A DNA stretch of 64,000 nt from an uncultured Chloroflexia bacterium (lineage in GTDB: Bacteria; Chloroflexota; Limnocylindria; Limnocylindrales; CSP1-4). Made by a program: the position numbers and the translations under genes. Each line of letters begins with the position of its first letter. Positions within the stretch are counted from its first letter, which is position 1. Where the stretch lies: the NCBI GenBank assembly GCA_963833225.1, contig CAWHXD010000006.1:64001-128000 (forward strand), written 5' to 3'. Shown here piece by piece: positions 10,991 to 20,882 of the stretch. The notes beneath the pieces are model-generated. The model was not told the origin of the DNA and did no database searches. It saw only the letters and a list, made by a program, of their open reading frames with translations.

Positions 10991-11946
10991 GCGTCCGGGG
11001 GTCGGCCATCCTCGTGGCGGCGCGGATCCTGTCCGGCCTCCCCGAGGCCCCGCTGGTCGCCGCTGCCGAGAGCCTGGGTGAGGTGTGGTACCGGGCGGCC
11101 CCGGATCGCGCCGCGCAGGCCAGGGCGAACCTGCAGCGCGTCTGCGAGGGGCTGGCCGCGCAGGGGAGGGGGACGAGCCTCGCCCAGCGGGCCGCCACGG
11201 ACCCCGATGCCCTCGAGCTGATGGTCCGGCGCTGCTTCCGGCACGCCGTCCGCTACTACCTCGAGGTCGCCCGGACGGGCAGCGTGGAGCCGTCCCGGGA
11301 GCTCGCCCGGATCGACGTGGAGACGCCGGACGCGGTGCGCGACGCGTTGCTGTCGGGCGCGCCGATCGTGCTCGTCGGCATGCACTTCGGCGCGATCGAG
11401 ATGCCGGCGGCCGTGGTGTCCAGCCTGGTCGGCCACCGGATCACGGCCCCCATGGAGGCCGTCGACGACCCGGCGCTCCGCCACTGGTTCGAGACCTCCC
11501 GGGGCCGCATGGGCGTGACCATCGTGCCGGTCAAGGACGCCAGGCGGGCGCTGGTGGCGGCGCTGCGCCGGCACGAGTCGATCGGGATCGTCAACGACCG
11601 TGACGTCTCCGGGACGGGCATCCCCGTCCCGTTCTTCGGGGCGCCGGCGCCGGTCTCCCCCGCACCCGCGCTGCTGGCGCTCGAGGGCGGCACGCCCGTG
11701 TACGTCGGCTCCGCCCGCCGGCTCAAGGGCGGACGCTACGCGGGCAAGCTGGTGCCGGTCCCGCTGCCTGCCGACGGCACCCGGCGCGAGAAGGTCACGG
11801 CCCTGACCGCGGGCATCGCCGGCGCCTTCGAGACGATCCTCGCCGACGCGCCGGAGCAGTGGTGGGGGGCGATGCACCCGATCTGGCCGGACCTCGCGAT
11901 CGGCGGAGCCCACCCCGCACCCGCCGGCGACGAGGCCTCGACGTGA
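10987..11946 (+). CDS. Lysophospholipid/PIM acyltransferase (PatA/LpxL family), copy 2
   Basis: MHFGAIE, IVNDRDVSGTGIPVPFFG, PALLAL, ADAPEQW; GTGA overlap with the previous stop. Confidence 0.8.
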   Translation: MSVRGSAILVAARILSGLPEAPLVAAAESLGEVWYRAAPDRAAQARANLQRVCEGLAAQGRGTSLAQRAATDPDALELMVRRCFRHAVRYYLEVARTGSVEPSRELARIDVETPDAVRDALLSGAPIVLVGMHFGAIEMPAAVVSSLVGHRITAPMEAVDDPALRHWFETSRGRMGVTIVPVKDARRALVAALRRHESIGIVNDRDVSGTGIPVPFFGAPAPVSPAPALLALEGGTPVYVGSARRLKGGRYAGKLVPVPLPADGTRREKVTALTAGIAGAFETILADAPEQWWGAMHPIWPDLAIGGAHPAPAGDEAST

Positions 11947-12773
11947 TCGACGAGCCGATCGTCCGCCTGGGGCGCGCGGACATGCACATCCACACCCTCG
12001 CCTCGGACGGCGTCTCGTCCGTGACCGAGGTCCTCGAGCGCGTCGAGGGTGAGGGCGTCCTCGATGTCATCGCCATCGCCGACCACGAGCGGATCGATGC
12101 CGCCGTTGCCGGGCGGCAGCTCGCCCGTGACCGGGGCCTGCGCGTGGAGGTGGTGGTGGGCGAGGAGATCTCCACCCGTGGCGGCCACCTCGTCGGGCTG
12201 TTCCTGGAGCGCCCCGTGCCACCGATGCGAAGCCTCCAGTGGTCGATCGAGGCGGTCCACGACCAGGGCGGCATCGCCATCCCGGCCCATCCGATGGTGC
12301 CCTACCCGATGTGCGCCCAGGCGTCGGCGCTGCGGCGGCTGCTGGCGTCGGACAACCCGGCCGTCCGACCCGACACGATCGAGACGTTCAATCCCACCGC
12401 GCTCGGCCGCTACCGCCACGATGCGGTCGTCCGGTTCGCGCGCGAGCACCACCTCCCGCTCGTGGGCAACAGCGATGCCCATATCGTGTCGGCCGTGGGC
12501 ACCTGCTGGACGACGTTCCCGGGTCGCACGGGCGAGGACTACCGCCGTGCCGTCGCCTCGGGGCTGACACGCCACCACGGCGCCTTCCACGGCTCGCTGG
12601 ACCAGCTCGGCGTGTACCGCTCCCAGCTCCGCAAGTACGCGGTGGGCTGGAAGGCGACCATCGGCGGCAAGGTCCGCCGCGACGGGACCGGGCGTGATCT
12701 CGGGTATCCGGGTGGCACGTTACGGCCGCCGCGCTACGATCCGCACGCAGACCAGGAGGACCGCGGCGCGTGA
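11943..12773 (+). CDS. PHP-domain phosphoesterase
   Basis: DMHIHTLASDG, IADHE, GEEISTRGGH, AHP and GNSDAH motifs. Confidence 0.88.
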   Translation: MIDEPIVRLGRADMHIHTLASDGVSSVTEVLERVEGEGVLDVIAIADHERIDAAVAGRQLARDRGLRVEVVVGEEISTRGGHLVGLFLERPVPPMRSLQWSIEAVHDQGGIAIPAHPMVPYPMCAQASALRRLLASDNPAVRPDTIETFNPTALGRYRHDAVVRFAREHHLPLVGNSDAHIVSAVGTCWTTFPGRTGEDYRRAVASGLTRHHGAFHGSLDQLGVYRSQLRKYAVGWKATIGGKVRRDGTGRDLGYPGGTLRPPRYDPHADQEDRGA

Positions 12774-13990
12774 AGATCGGGCTCGTCTCCCCGTACGTGT
12801 ACCCGCTCCCCGGCGGGGTGACCCAGCACGTCGGGTTCCTGTACGAGAACCTGCGCCTTCGCGGGCACGATGTCCGGATCCTGTCCGCGTCCCACGGTCT
12901 CCAGCGAGCCTCCGAGGGTGACGTGATCCGCCTCGGCAAGGGCTTCTCGATGCCCTCCAACGGGTCGGTCGGGACGATCACCCTCTCCCCTCGCTACGTG
13001 TCGCAGGCCAAGGAGCTCCTGGACCAGGAGCGCTTCGACGTCCTCCACTTCCACGAGCCGTTCGTGCCGTTCCTGTCCCTGGTGCTCCTGCGCGAGAGCC
13101 GGAGCGTGAACGTCGGCACCTTCCACGCCTACGGCGGCTGGTCACCCGCGTACGAGTTCGGCTCGCGGGCGCTCGAGGGATATGCGAAGCGCCTCCACGG
13201 CCGGATCGCGGTCTCGGCGGCCGCCCGCCACTTCATCGACCGCTACTTTCCCGGTGACTACAAGGTCATCCCCAACGGGGTCGACGTCACCCGCTTCCAG
13301 CGCGCGGTTCCCCTCACGCGCTGGCAGGACGGCACCCGGAACATCCTGTTCGTCGGGCGCTTCGAACCGCGCAAGGGCCTGCTGGAGCTCCTCAAGGCGT
13401 ACCGGGTCCTGCGCAAGCAGGGCTTCGACAACACCCGGCTGCTGCTCGTCGGCACCGGGCCCCAGGAGCGCGAGGCACGCCGGTACGTGGCCACGCGGCG
13501 GCTGGGTGGCGTGGAGTTCCTGGGCCGGGTGAGCGACGACGAGCGCAACCAGCTGTTCCGGACCGCGGACGTCTACGTCTCGCCCGCCACCGGGCGCGAG
13601 TCGTTCGGGATCGTCCTGCTCGAGGCCATGGCCGCGGGCGCCCCGATCGTCGCCTCGGACATCCACGGCTACAAGGGCGTCGTGCGCCGCGGCCAGGAGG
13701 CCCTGCTCGTCCCGCCCAAGGAGCCGGAGGCCCTGGCCGAGGCCATCGGGAGGCTGCTGACGGACCGCGACCTGGCCGCATCGATGACCGAGGCCGGCCC
13801 GCTTCGTGCCGAGGAGTTCAGCTGGCCCCGGGTGACCGCGAAGGTGGACGACTACTACGGGTTCGTGATCCGCCGGCTGGAGGCCGCGGGGGCGCTGCCC
13901 GCGCACTTCTCCGCCGAGGTGCCGCCCTCGCCGCGCGCCGCCGGCGCCGGCGAAGCTCCGGACCCATCGGCGGCCCAGCCGTCAGGGTGA
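12770..13990 (+). CDS. pimA: GT4 glycosyltransferase, phosphatidylinositol alpha-mannosyltransferase PimA-like
   Basis: MKIGLVSPY..PGGVTQHV, SNGSV, HFHEP, EPRKG, GRESFGIVLLEAMAAG; operon context with pgsA and patA-like genes. Confidence 0.75.
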   Translation: MKIGLVSPYVYPLPGGVTQHVGFLYENLRLRGHDVRILSASHGLQRASEGDVIRLGKGFSMPSNGSVGTITLSPRYVSQAKELLDQERFDVLHFHEPFVPFLSLVLLRESRSVNVGTFHAYGGWSPAYEFGSRALEGYAKRLHGRIAVSAAARHFIDRYFPGDYKVIPNGVDVTRFQRAVPLTRWQDGTRNILFVGRFEPRKGLLELLKAYRVLRKQGFDNTRLLLVGTGPQEREARRYVATRRLGGVEFLGRVSDDERNQLFRTADVYVSPATGRESFGIVLLEAMAAGAPIVASDIHGYKGVVRRGQEALLVPPKEPEALAEAIGRLLTDRDLAASMTEAGPLRAEEFSWPRVTAKVDDYYGFVIRRLEAAGALPAHFSAEVPPSPRAAGAGEAPDPSAAQPSG

Positions 13991-16900
13991 GCCCGCCTCA
14001 CCGGCCTCACCGGCCGGGCCGGCGTCGTCCTCGTCACCCTCGATGAGCGCCTGGCGCCACGCCCACGCGGAGTAGGCGATGACGGCGCAGGCCACCGCCA
14101 GGAACGCGACCAGGACCAGGAACTTCGGGTCAGAGAAGGTCGTCTCCGGGCGCGGCGTGGTGTTCACGCTGAACTGGAAGGCGTACAGGTAGGTCGGCAG
14201 CAGCCCCTGGTACGCGTTCACGATCGTCGACGGCATCGCGAGCGCGGAGATGTTCGGGTAGAGGATCACGAACCAGGCGGCTGCGGCGGCAACGAGCCCG
14301 GCCACGAACCGCCGGGCATCCCGGGCCGTGAGCACCTGGAGCGCGATGAGCCCCAGGGGCACCGCCGCGACGAGCGCGATGATCTCGGGCACCACGCCGT
14401 TCACGGTGAACAGCGGATCGGCGTCGGGGAGGAGGCGGGCGATGGCGAGCGCCGTGCCCCCGACCGCCGCCGTGGCAACGATCGGCAGCAGGTCGCGGCC
14501 GGTGAAGGGCCGCTCGTCGGTCCTCGGCCGCCCGAGACCAACCAGCTGCCAGACAAGCACGATCACCGTGATGATGGCGATGACCGCCATCGCCCCGGTG
14601 GCCGGCGTCACCACGAGATTGCCGGGGTTCCCGTTGCAGGCCTGGGAGCCCGGGTTGACCGACTCCACGCCGGCGATCGCGCACAGCGGGTAGCGCAGGA
14701 GCCACAGGATCACTGGCCCCATGAGCGCGACGGCCGCCGCGACGCGGGCCAGCAGCCACGTCCGCCGCGAGGGCCCGTTCCAGATCTCGGCCACGAAGTA
14801 GCCCAGCGCCAGGACCACGAACGGCAGGCTCGTGTAGTAGTGGTACTCGAAGGCGGCGCGGTCGATGCGGGCCCAGCTGACCCATTGGGCCAGGAACGCG
14901 ACCAGGATCAGCGCGAGACCGAGGCTGCGGCGCCGGAACGCCTGGTAGGCAACGAACAGCATGGCCGGGATCCCCAGCCACCAGATCACCAGGTTGCCCG
15001 CGTCGTAGATCGAGGCCGCCGTGCCGCCGGCATAGCCGCCCTGGTAGAACCAGACGGGCTTGAGGTTGAGCGGCCAGGCCCACCACGGGGAGCTTGCCGC
15101 GTGCGCGGCGGTCAGGCCATTGTGATAGTCGTACATGCGCCCCGTCAGGCCCAGCAGCGTCTCGCCCGTGTGGCCCGGCGGCCAGCCCTCGACGATCTGC
15201 TGGTTGACGCCGTTGAACGCCCAGGGCAGGTACGAGACCACGTACACCGCGAGCGGGATGACCAGCAGCGACACGGCGAGCCAGATCGTCGGCAGGCCGA
15301 GACCCCAGCCGATGCGCACCCAGCCGCCCGGCGCCGGCGATGCGGGCGGCGGGACCCCGGCCCGGTCGCTCGCCTCGGCCGGGACGGGGTCGGCAGCCAT
15401 CGGCCCCACGCCAAGGCGGCCCCCGAGGGCGAACGCCGCGTAGGCAGCGATGCCCACGACGACCAGCGCGAAGCCGGCCTCCAGCGCGGTGAACTGCGCC
15501 GGGCCGATCGCCAGCGTGTCCCCGGCCTTGCCCATCGCGATCGCGGTCAGCGCGACCAGGAGGCCGACGACCGCGGGCGCGCCGATGGCGAACCTGACCT
15601 CGTCGCCCGACCAGGCGACCGGCCGGTAGACGGTGATCACGACGGCGGCGAGGGTCAGGCCGATCATGATCAGCACGAACGGCAGGTTCCCGGCCCCGCC
15701 CGTCGCGGCCGGGACGGCCAGGGCGATCCAGCCCAGCAGCGCGGTGATGCTCAGCATGCCCAGGATCAGCAGCATCCGTCCCAGCGCGGTGCGCATCAGG
15801 ACCAGGATCCCCAGAGCCCCGATCGCGTACGCGGCCACCCACTTGGACGCCAGGGCCAGCCCGAGCAGGACCCCCATCGCCGGCGCGACCACCCAGAACG
15901 CGCGCTTGACGCGTTCGGGTTCCAGCCACAGCCACGCGAACAACAGGTAGGCGGCGAGGATGAAGAAGCCGGTGTAGACGTCGTTCATCGCGATCCGGCT
16001 CTGGACGAAGAACATGCCGTCGAGCAGGACGAACAGCCCCACGAGCACGGCCACGGCCCGCCGCGCGAACAGCACCCGGCCCAGCAGGTAGAGCACCGCC
16101 AGCGTGAGCGCCCCGAGGATCACCCCCGGCAGCCGCCAGGCGAACTGGTAGGAGCCGACGTCCATCGACGCGGTCTCGCCGCCTCCGCCCAGCGCGAGCA
16201 GGTCCCCGTGGCTGGTGGACGGCCACTCCTTGTTGTGGTCAAGGACGAGCGCCGCCGGCAGGAAGGGCAGCGGGTGGTCCGCGAACACGCTCTTGCCGTG
16301 CGGCTCGATCACGTACACGGTTGTGCCCGAGTCGTCCGGCATTCGGCCCAGGATCTCGACCATCTCCGCGGCATCGTCGTAGATCACCGCTGTCCCGGCC
16401 CCCGGCAGCGGGTTGGAGCCACACCAGCCGCAGCCCGCCGTGGGCCCCGTCGCGGCGGCATCGCCGGTGATCTGGATGACCGTGTAGCCGGGATCGCCGG
16501 TCTGCGCATCGACCGTGGTGGCGTAGACCTGTGAGCCCTCGTCGACCCCGGTGACCTGGGCGAGCCCCCTGGCTCCACCGGGGAGGTCCTGCTCCGCGAA
16601 GACCCGCCCCTCGGCGTCGATGAAGGTCACGCCCCCGGAGCCGGCGACGGCCATCGTGGGGACGGGCTGGAACTCGATGCCGGGCAGGTCGCCGGCGTCC
16701 ATGGCGCTCTTGAGGTCGCTCCGCTCCTGCGACGTGGGGTTCGCGTCGATCCGGACGGTGTCCGCGTCCGTGGCGGTGAGCGCAGCGAGATAGACCGCCT
16801 CGTCGCCCCCGATCAGCTCAGCGAGCCGCGCGGCAGCGGCTGGCGGGTCCTCCACCAGCGCCGGCACGGCCATCAGCGCCCGGACATCGTCCACTCCGGC

Positions 16901-19351
16901 GAGGTCGGACGCGCCCGGGATGGACACGGTGCCCACGACCTCGCCCGACTCGATCCCCAACACGTCGACCGCGCCGTCGGCGGTGATCGCGACCGCGAGC
17001 GCCCCGCCCTGGAACGGCTCGAGACGGACGACCGGTGAGCCGAGCGTGCCCACCGGGAGCGGGTCGACCACGGGCGAGGACGGGTCCGCGGACCGGTCGA
17101 GGTCCAGCGCGGTCGTGTCCAAGGCCAGCACCTCGCCACCGTCGGTGCCGACCAGGAGCCGAAGGCTGTTGTCGTCGAAGGCGACGACACTGGCGCCAGG
17201 CACCGACCAGCGGGCGGCCACGTCACGCGTGGCGAGGTCGTAGGCGATCAGCTCGGTCCCGGTGGCGACCCACACCCGCCCCCCGGCCATCGCGCCGGTC
17301 CCGGCGGGGTCCTCGCGGCGCGGTTCGATCAACGCGTCGCGGACCGGGACGCCGAGATCACCCGTGGCCTTCAGGTCCTGGCCGGCGAACGCCACGATGC
17401 CGGCGGCCATCGCGTACTTGGCGAGATGCGGGTGGGTCCACTCGTAGATGTCGTGCGGGATCCCATAGCGCCAGTCCTGGAGGAACTCCGCCGCCGTGCG
17501 CGCGTGGTACACCTCGTCGAAGTGCATTCGCGACGGGTCCTCGAGCCGGTACGTCCGGAGCACGAGCGCGGCGACCACGAGCACCAGCACCAGGAACAGG
17601 TCCCGCCGGTCCACCCGGCCGCGTCCCTCGCCGGCCAGCAACCACGAGCGGTCCGGGCGGATGGGCGTCTCGGCGATGCGGGCGCGAAGCCACGCGATCG
17701 GACCCATCTCGGTCCAGGACGGACGGTCGTACCAGGCCGGGACCAGGCCGGAGGCGTCAGCCGGTCCCGCGCTGGCGCCGGCGGCGCCCAACGCCCGGGC
17801 GGCGGCGGCCCGCCCACCCGCCCGGGACACACCCGGATCAGCGCCGGCCGGCGCCGTTGGTTCGTCCTCGGCATGCGCGACCGCCAGCTCGCCCGCCAGC
17901 CGGCGCCGAGCAGCCGGCCGGAGCTGGAGCAATGCCCACAGGAACACCAGCGAATGGGCGACGGCGATCGCCACGATCCCCGGCGTGGTCGTGATCAGCC
18001 CGGCGATCCCCAGCCAGTCGGTGACCTGTGGCGTGCCGTACTGGTAGGCGACCAGGATCGCGTACATGTTGAGGAAGGTCGCGGTCGCGGCGACGACGTA
18101 GGCCAGCTTCCAGCGCATCGAGACCGCGAACAGCACCCCAGCCAGGCCGAAGAACGGGAACAGGTACCGCTCGTGGACCCGTGTCGGGGCGGCGAAGAAG
18201 GCGATCGCAAGCACCGTGACGCCGACCAGGATCGTCAGCCGGTCCGGCCGCCGGGCGACCAGCCAGGCAACGAGCGCGGCGGTGCCCAGCAGCAGGGCCG
18301 CGCCGACCAGCGCCGCCGGGACGGGCCCGATGGCCCCCCACGCGGACGCGTCCGGAACCGGTGAATCCGGGATCCACAGAATGAACGCCTTGGACGCCAC
18401 ACTTTCACCCCCGACCGGGAACAACGCCCACCAGTTGAACGCGTTGACGGTCAGGTACGGATAGGTCGCGGCGGTGCTGAAGATCAGCCGGATCAGCGAC
18501 GAATCGATGAATGGGGCCGTCGCCGACGGCCACAGCACGCTCAGGCCGAACGGCGTCGCCAGGGCCAGGGCCGTGAGGTATCCCGCCAGCCCGGTGGTCA
18601 GGATGCGCCGCCAGCCGATCTGACGGAACTCCCAGGCAAATCCACGCCGAGGCGGGTCGGCCTCGCCTCCGTAGCCCCCCGCCGGCCACAGCGCGCGCCG
18701 GATCGCAACCACCGCGACGATCGGCACCAGGATCGCGAGCTGCGGCTTGATCAGGCCCGCGATGACGGCGAGGATCGCCGCCCGCTCGTGACGCCCCCGC
18801 CACAGCTCGCGCACGCCGAGGAGCAGGAACACGGTTCCGAAGCTGTCCACCTGGCCCCAGATGACCGAGTCGAACCAGGTCAGCGGGTTGAAGGCGACGA
18901 CGGCTGCCGCGATCAGCGCCCGGCGGCGCGAGACGCCGAGCTCCAGCGCCATGGACGCCACCAGCCAGGCCAGCAGGACGTCGGTGATGATCGCCGGCAG
19001 CTTGATGAAGCTGTCCACGATGTCGGCCGGCAGGCCGGTCGCGAAGCCGATGTCCCGCAGGGCGCCGACGATCCACAGCACGTAGAGGTAGCCCGGGGTG
19101 TAGTCCGCGTACGAGGCATTGGCGTAGAAGCCCCAGGGCGCGTGTTCCGCGAGGACGTCCGCCCAGTACCGGAACAGGCCGAGGTCGGCACCGAACCCGG
19201 ACCCGCGAAGTCCGTCGATGCCGTATGCCAGAATCAACCGGAAGATCAGGGCGGTCGCGAGAATGACCGCGATCTGCCGGCCGATGCCTCGCCGGGGGGC
19301 CTCGTCCGTCGTCGACTCCCGGTCGGGCGCACCCGAACCCGAAGCGGTCAC
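13982..19351 (-). CDS. ~1789-aa double GT-C glycosyltransferase: N-terminal GT-C module fused to a PMT/GT39-like module with a large soluble insertion
   Basis: N-part: DYTPGY, WGQVDS, KPQ, HERY. C-part: HFDEVYHAR, WTHPHLAK, WRLPG, QSRIAMND, ASKW, HAASSPWWAWP. GTG at 19351; TATACT upstream at 19386-19391. Confidence 0.8.
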   Translation of the reverse strand: MTASGSGAPDRESTTDEAPRRGIGRQIAVILATALIFRLILAYGIDGLRGSGFGADLGLFRYWADVLAEHAPWGFYANASYADYTPGYLYVLWIVGALRDIGFATGLPADIVDSFIKLPAIITDVLLAWLVASMALELGVSRRRALIAAAVVAFNPLTWFDSVIWGQVDSFGTVFLLLGVRELWRGRHERAAILAVIAGLIKPQLAILVPIVAVVAIRRALWPAGGYGGEADPPRRGFAWEFRQIGWRRILTTGLAGYLTALALATPFGLSVLWPSATAPFIDSSLIRLIFSTAATYPYLTVNAFNWWALFPVGGESVASKAFILWIPDSPVPDASAWGAIGPVPAALVGAALLLGTAALVAWLVARRPDRLTILVGVTVLAIAFFAAPTRVHERYLFPFFGLAGVLFAVSMRWKLAYVVAATATFLNMYAILVAYQYGTPQVTDWLGIAGLITTTPGIVAIAVAHSLVFLWALLQLRPAARRRLAGELAVAHAEDEPTAPAGADPGVSRAGGRAAAARALGAAGASAGPADASGLVPAWYDRPSWTEMGPIAWLRARIAETPIRPDRSWLLAGEGRGRVDRRDLFLVLVLVVAALVLRTYRLEDPSRMHFDEVYHARTAAEFLQDWRYGIPHDIYEWTHPHLAKYAMAAGIVAFAGQDLKATGDLGVPVRDALIEPRREDPAGTGAMAGGRVWVATGTELIAYDLATRDVAARWSVPGASVVAFDDNSLRLLVGTDGGEVLALDTTALDLDRSADPSSPVVDPLPVGTLGSPVVRLEPFQGGALAVAITADGAVDVLGIESGEVVGTVSIPGASDLAGVDDVRALMAVPALVEDPPAAAARLAELIGGDEAVYLAALTATDADTVRIDANPTSQERSDLKSAMDAGDLPGIEFQPVPTMAVAGSGGVTFIDAEGRVFAEQDLPGGARGLAQVTGVDEGSQVYATTVDAQTGDPGYTVIQITGDAAATGPTAGCGWCGSNPLPGAGTAVIYDDAAEMVEILGRMPDDSGTTVYVIEPHGKSVFADHPLPFLPAALVLDHNKEWPSTSHGDLLALGGGGETASMDVGSYQFAWRLPGVILGALTLAVLYLLGRVLFARRAVAVLVGLFVLLDGMFFVQSRIAMNDVYTGFFILAAYLLFAWLWLEPERVKRAFWVVAPAMGVLLGLALASKWVAAYAIGALGILVLMRTALGRMLLILGMLSITALLGWIALAVPAATGGAGNLPFVLIMIGLTLAAVVITVYRPVAWSGDEVRFAIGAPAVVGLLVALTAIAMGKAGDTLAIGPAQFTALEAGFALVVVGIAAYAAFALGGRLGVGPMAADPVPAEASDRAGVPPPASPAPGGWVRIGWGLGLPTIWLAVSLLVIPLAVYVVSYLPWAFNGVNQQIVEGWPPGHTGETLLGLTGRMYDYHNGLTAAHAASSPWWAWPLNLKPVWFYQGGYAGGTAASIYDAGNLVIWWLGIPAMLFVAYQAFRRRSLGLALILVAFLAQWVSWARIDRAAFEYHYYTSLPFVVLALGYFVAEIWNGPSRRTWLLARVAAAVALMGPVILWLLRYPLCAIAGVESVNPGSQACNGNPGNLVVTPATGAMAVIAIITVIVLVWQLVGLGRPRTDERPFTGRDLLPIVATAAVGGTALAIARLLPDADPLFTVNGVVPEIIALVAAVPLGLIALQVLTARDARRFVAGLVAAAAAWFVILYPNISALAMPSTIVNAYQGLLPTYLYAFQFSVNTTPRPETTFSDPKFLVLVAFLAVACAVIAYSAWAWRQALIEGDEDDAGPAGEAGEAGSP

Positions 19352-19376
19352 GGGAAAGCCTCGTACGAGCGTTGAA

Positions 19377-20882
19377 GTGCCGCCGAGTATAGCCGAGGGG
19401 CCTGTCTGGGCCCCGATTGCCGAGCCTGTTCGCCACCGGCCGCCGACGTGGCTGGTCGGGCTGCTGCTCGTGCTCGGCGCGCTCGTCGTGTACGCGGTGT
19501 CCAACCCGGTCCACTCCAACGTCTACAACCACTTCGTGTGGCAGGCCGACGCCTTCCTCCACGGGCGGGCCTGGTTCCCCTACCCGGTCTACCCGGGCGG
19601 CCCGCTGCCGGAGAACTGGTATTTCCAGGACGTCTACCCGCTCATCGGGGCGGACGGCTCGTTCGACGGCCGGGCGCTGCTCCCGTTCCCGCCGCTGCCG
19701 GCGCTGGTCCTGATGCCGTTCGTCGCCCTGTGGGGTCTCGCCACCGACCAGGAGACCGTGGCGATCGTGCTGGGCGTGGCCGGTGTGGGGCTCGCGTGGT
19801 GGATGCTGGGCGGCCTGCGACTGCGGACCACCGTGCGCGCCCTGACCGTCGGCGTGCTGGCAACGGGGACGGTCTGGTGGTGGGCCGTGGCGGTCGGCAG
19901 CACCTGGTATCTCGCCCACCTCGTCGCGACCGATCTCGCGCTGCTGGCGGTCGGCGTGGCCCTGCGCCACGATCCCGGGGCCGCCGGCCGGCGATCCGAA
20001 GAGGATCGGCCCGGGGTCCGCGATCCGTCGGACGGGGCGACCCCGATGGCGACCGACCGGTCATGGCCTGCCCGGCTGCGAGCCGCCACCTGGCCGCTCA
20101 ACCGTTCGCAGGTCCTCGCCGGCTTCCTCCTCGGGCTCGCCGTGACCGCCCGCCTGCCGCTCATCCTCGCGGCCCCGTTCCTGATCCTGGTGGGCGGTGG
20201 AGGCACCCCGCTCCGACGACTGGCCTCCGCCGGCGTGGGCGGGGTGGTGCCGGTGGTTGCGCTCCTCGCGTACACGTTCCTGACCACGGGATCGCTGATC
20301 CACCCGGGATATGACTACCAGTACCGGCTCGAGGTGCAGGGCTATCCGGCGCTGGGCTACAGCGCGGACTGGTCGGTCGAGGACCCGCGCTATATCCCGC
20401 GCAACCTGGGGATCATGTTCGGGACCTACCCGGCGGTGGCTCCAGACGTGCTTCCCAACACGCTCGGGATCTACGAGGACGTGCCGGTGTGCACCCAGCC
20501 GGACGCCCGCCGTTCGCTGTTCAACGTGGACTGCCCGCTCGCCGTGCCGATCGACCTCGGGACGAGCCTGCCACTGTCCGCGCCAGGGCTGTTCCTCGCG
20601 CTGCTGGCGTTCCGGTCGCGCGGCCGGTCCCGGCTTGCCCTCGGGGGGGCGCTCGCCGTCGTCATGATCGCCACCTTCAACCTCGCCCACTTCTCCCAGG
20701 GCTGGGTCCAGTGGGGATACCGGTTCTCGCTGGACTTCCTGCCGTTCCTGCTGCCGCTGGTCGCGCTGGGGGCCGCTCGCCCCCTCGACGGGCGGCCGAG
20801 GCTGCTGGCGTTCCTGCTGCTGGTCGTGGGGGCGCTGGTCAACTTGTGGGGCGTGACCTGGGGCCAGATCCTTGCCTGGTAG
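19377..20882 (+). CDS. Multi-pass membrane protein, probable GT-C glycosyltransferase
   Basis: YNHFVWQADAFLHG, PFPPLPALV, WYLAH, GWVQWGYRFSLDFLPF; start is uncertain (in-frame GTG at 19377). Confidence 0.65.
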   Translation: MPPSIAEGPVWAPIAEPVRHRPPTWLVGLLLVLGALVVYAVSNPVHSNVYNHFVWQADAFLHGRAWFPYPVYPGGPLPENWYFQDVYPLIGADGSFDGRALLPFPPLPALVLMPFVALWGLATDQETVAIVLGVAGVGLAWWMLGGLRLRTTVRALTVGVLATGTVWWWAVAVGSTWYLAHLVATDLALLAVGVALRHDPGAAGRRSEEDRPGVRDPSDGATPMATDRSWPARLRAATWPLNRSQVLAGFLLGLAVTARLPLILAAPFLILVGGGGTPLRRLASAGVGGVVPVVALLAYTFLTTGSLIHPGYDYQYRLEVQGYPALGYSADWSVEDPRYIPRNLGIMFGTYPAVAPDVLPNTLGIYEDVPVCTQPDARRSLFNVDCPLAVPIDLGTSLPLSAPGLFLALLAFRSRGRSRLALGGALAVVMIATFNLAHFSQGWVQWGYRFSLDFLPFLLPLVALGAARPLDGRPRLLAFLLLVVGALVNLWGVTWGQILAW

